Shown in pieces: positions 63,614 through 64,000 of a stretch of DNA of 64,000 nucleotides; positions within the stretch are counted from its first letter, which is position 1; every line of letters starts with the position of its first letter. This DNA comes from Spongospora subterranea f. sp. subterranea (Eukaryota). Location: contig JAUGWO010000127.1 in NCBI GenBank assembly GCA_049724395.1, positions 1-64,000 of the forward strand, read 5' to 3'. A program made the translations under genes and the position numbers. Under the pieces are notes generated by a model. The model did not search any database, was not told the DNA's origin, and saw only the letters and a list, made by a program, of their open reading frames with translations.

Positions 63614-64000
63614 TGTTGATACCCAATGTAGTTTTAGACCAATCCATGCCGGTGGACTTTTTTCTTTGGCTCCGAAGAACCGTTTTGCATTGAGTTGCTC
63701 TTTTGAAAGCAGATTTTCTATCATGGTTGGTAGATGAGACTCCAATGTAAACCATAGCCCTAAATGCCGCGTCCCGGAATCCGAATAAATCTCTTCTCTC
63801 TCTGGTCTGTTATCACAAATTAACAGTCGACTTTGGCGTTTGCGCCATGGGCAGTACAGAGGAGAAGACACAGCTTGGAGCTGTAATGGCAGATGTAGCC
63901 AACATGTCGTTAGATAAGCTTCAAGCTGAAGCTGCCAAAATCGATATGATGACGAAAGTCGTCAGGCACCGAATGGGCATAGACAACTTGACGCAAGCTG
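63614..64000 (+). mobile_element. Start of a probable LTR retrotransposon F: LTR 63614-63817, PBS 63818-63831, ORF from 63847 running off the window
   Basis: TGTTGATA...TATCACA ends, 204 bp; PBS 12/14 identical to copia C; interrupts NEK homology. Confidence 0.65.

Overview
Eukaryotic genomic window with a compact, short-intron (~50-60 nt) gene structure typical of a protist; the species cannot be fixed from sequence alone. Bases 1 to ~27 kb are a nested retroelement island: three Ty1/copia elements plus a decayed copy, two Ty3/gypsy elements and one APE-RT LINE. Bases ~27.3-63.2 kb are gene-dense: NEK kinase, orphan membrane protein, Nup96-like, class II HMG-CoA reductase with a long C-terminal extension, TM RING-H2 ligase, secreted Gly/Ser-rich repeat protein, LCMT1, TAF6, RNF4-like STUbL, MRD1/RBM19, PP2C, VPS36 and SIN3. 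The window ends in a NEK pseudogene fragment and the start of another LTR element. Best leads: (1) three LTR elements share a 14-nt primer-binding site complementary to a tRNA-Asn-type anticodon arm, suggesting half-tRNA priming with a non-Met tRNA; (2) the LTR elements with a readable leader carry tandem arrays there, and two divergent copia families share an ATACAC-YYYA-GTGTAT hairpin core; (3) a LINE with an OTU-like protease domain; (4) HMGR fused to a terpenoid-synthase-like domain; (5) an inverted SIN3-end/NEK-start duplication with reciprocal decay. Indels in essential genes suggest assembly errors, so frameshifts should be read cautiously.
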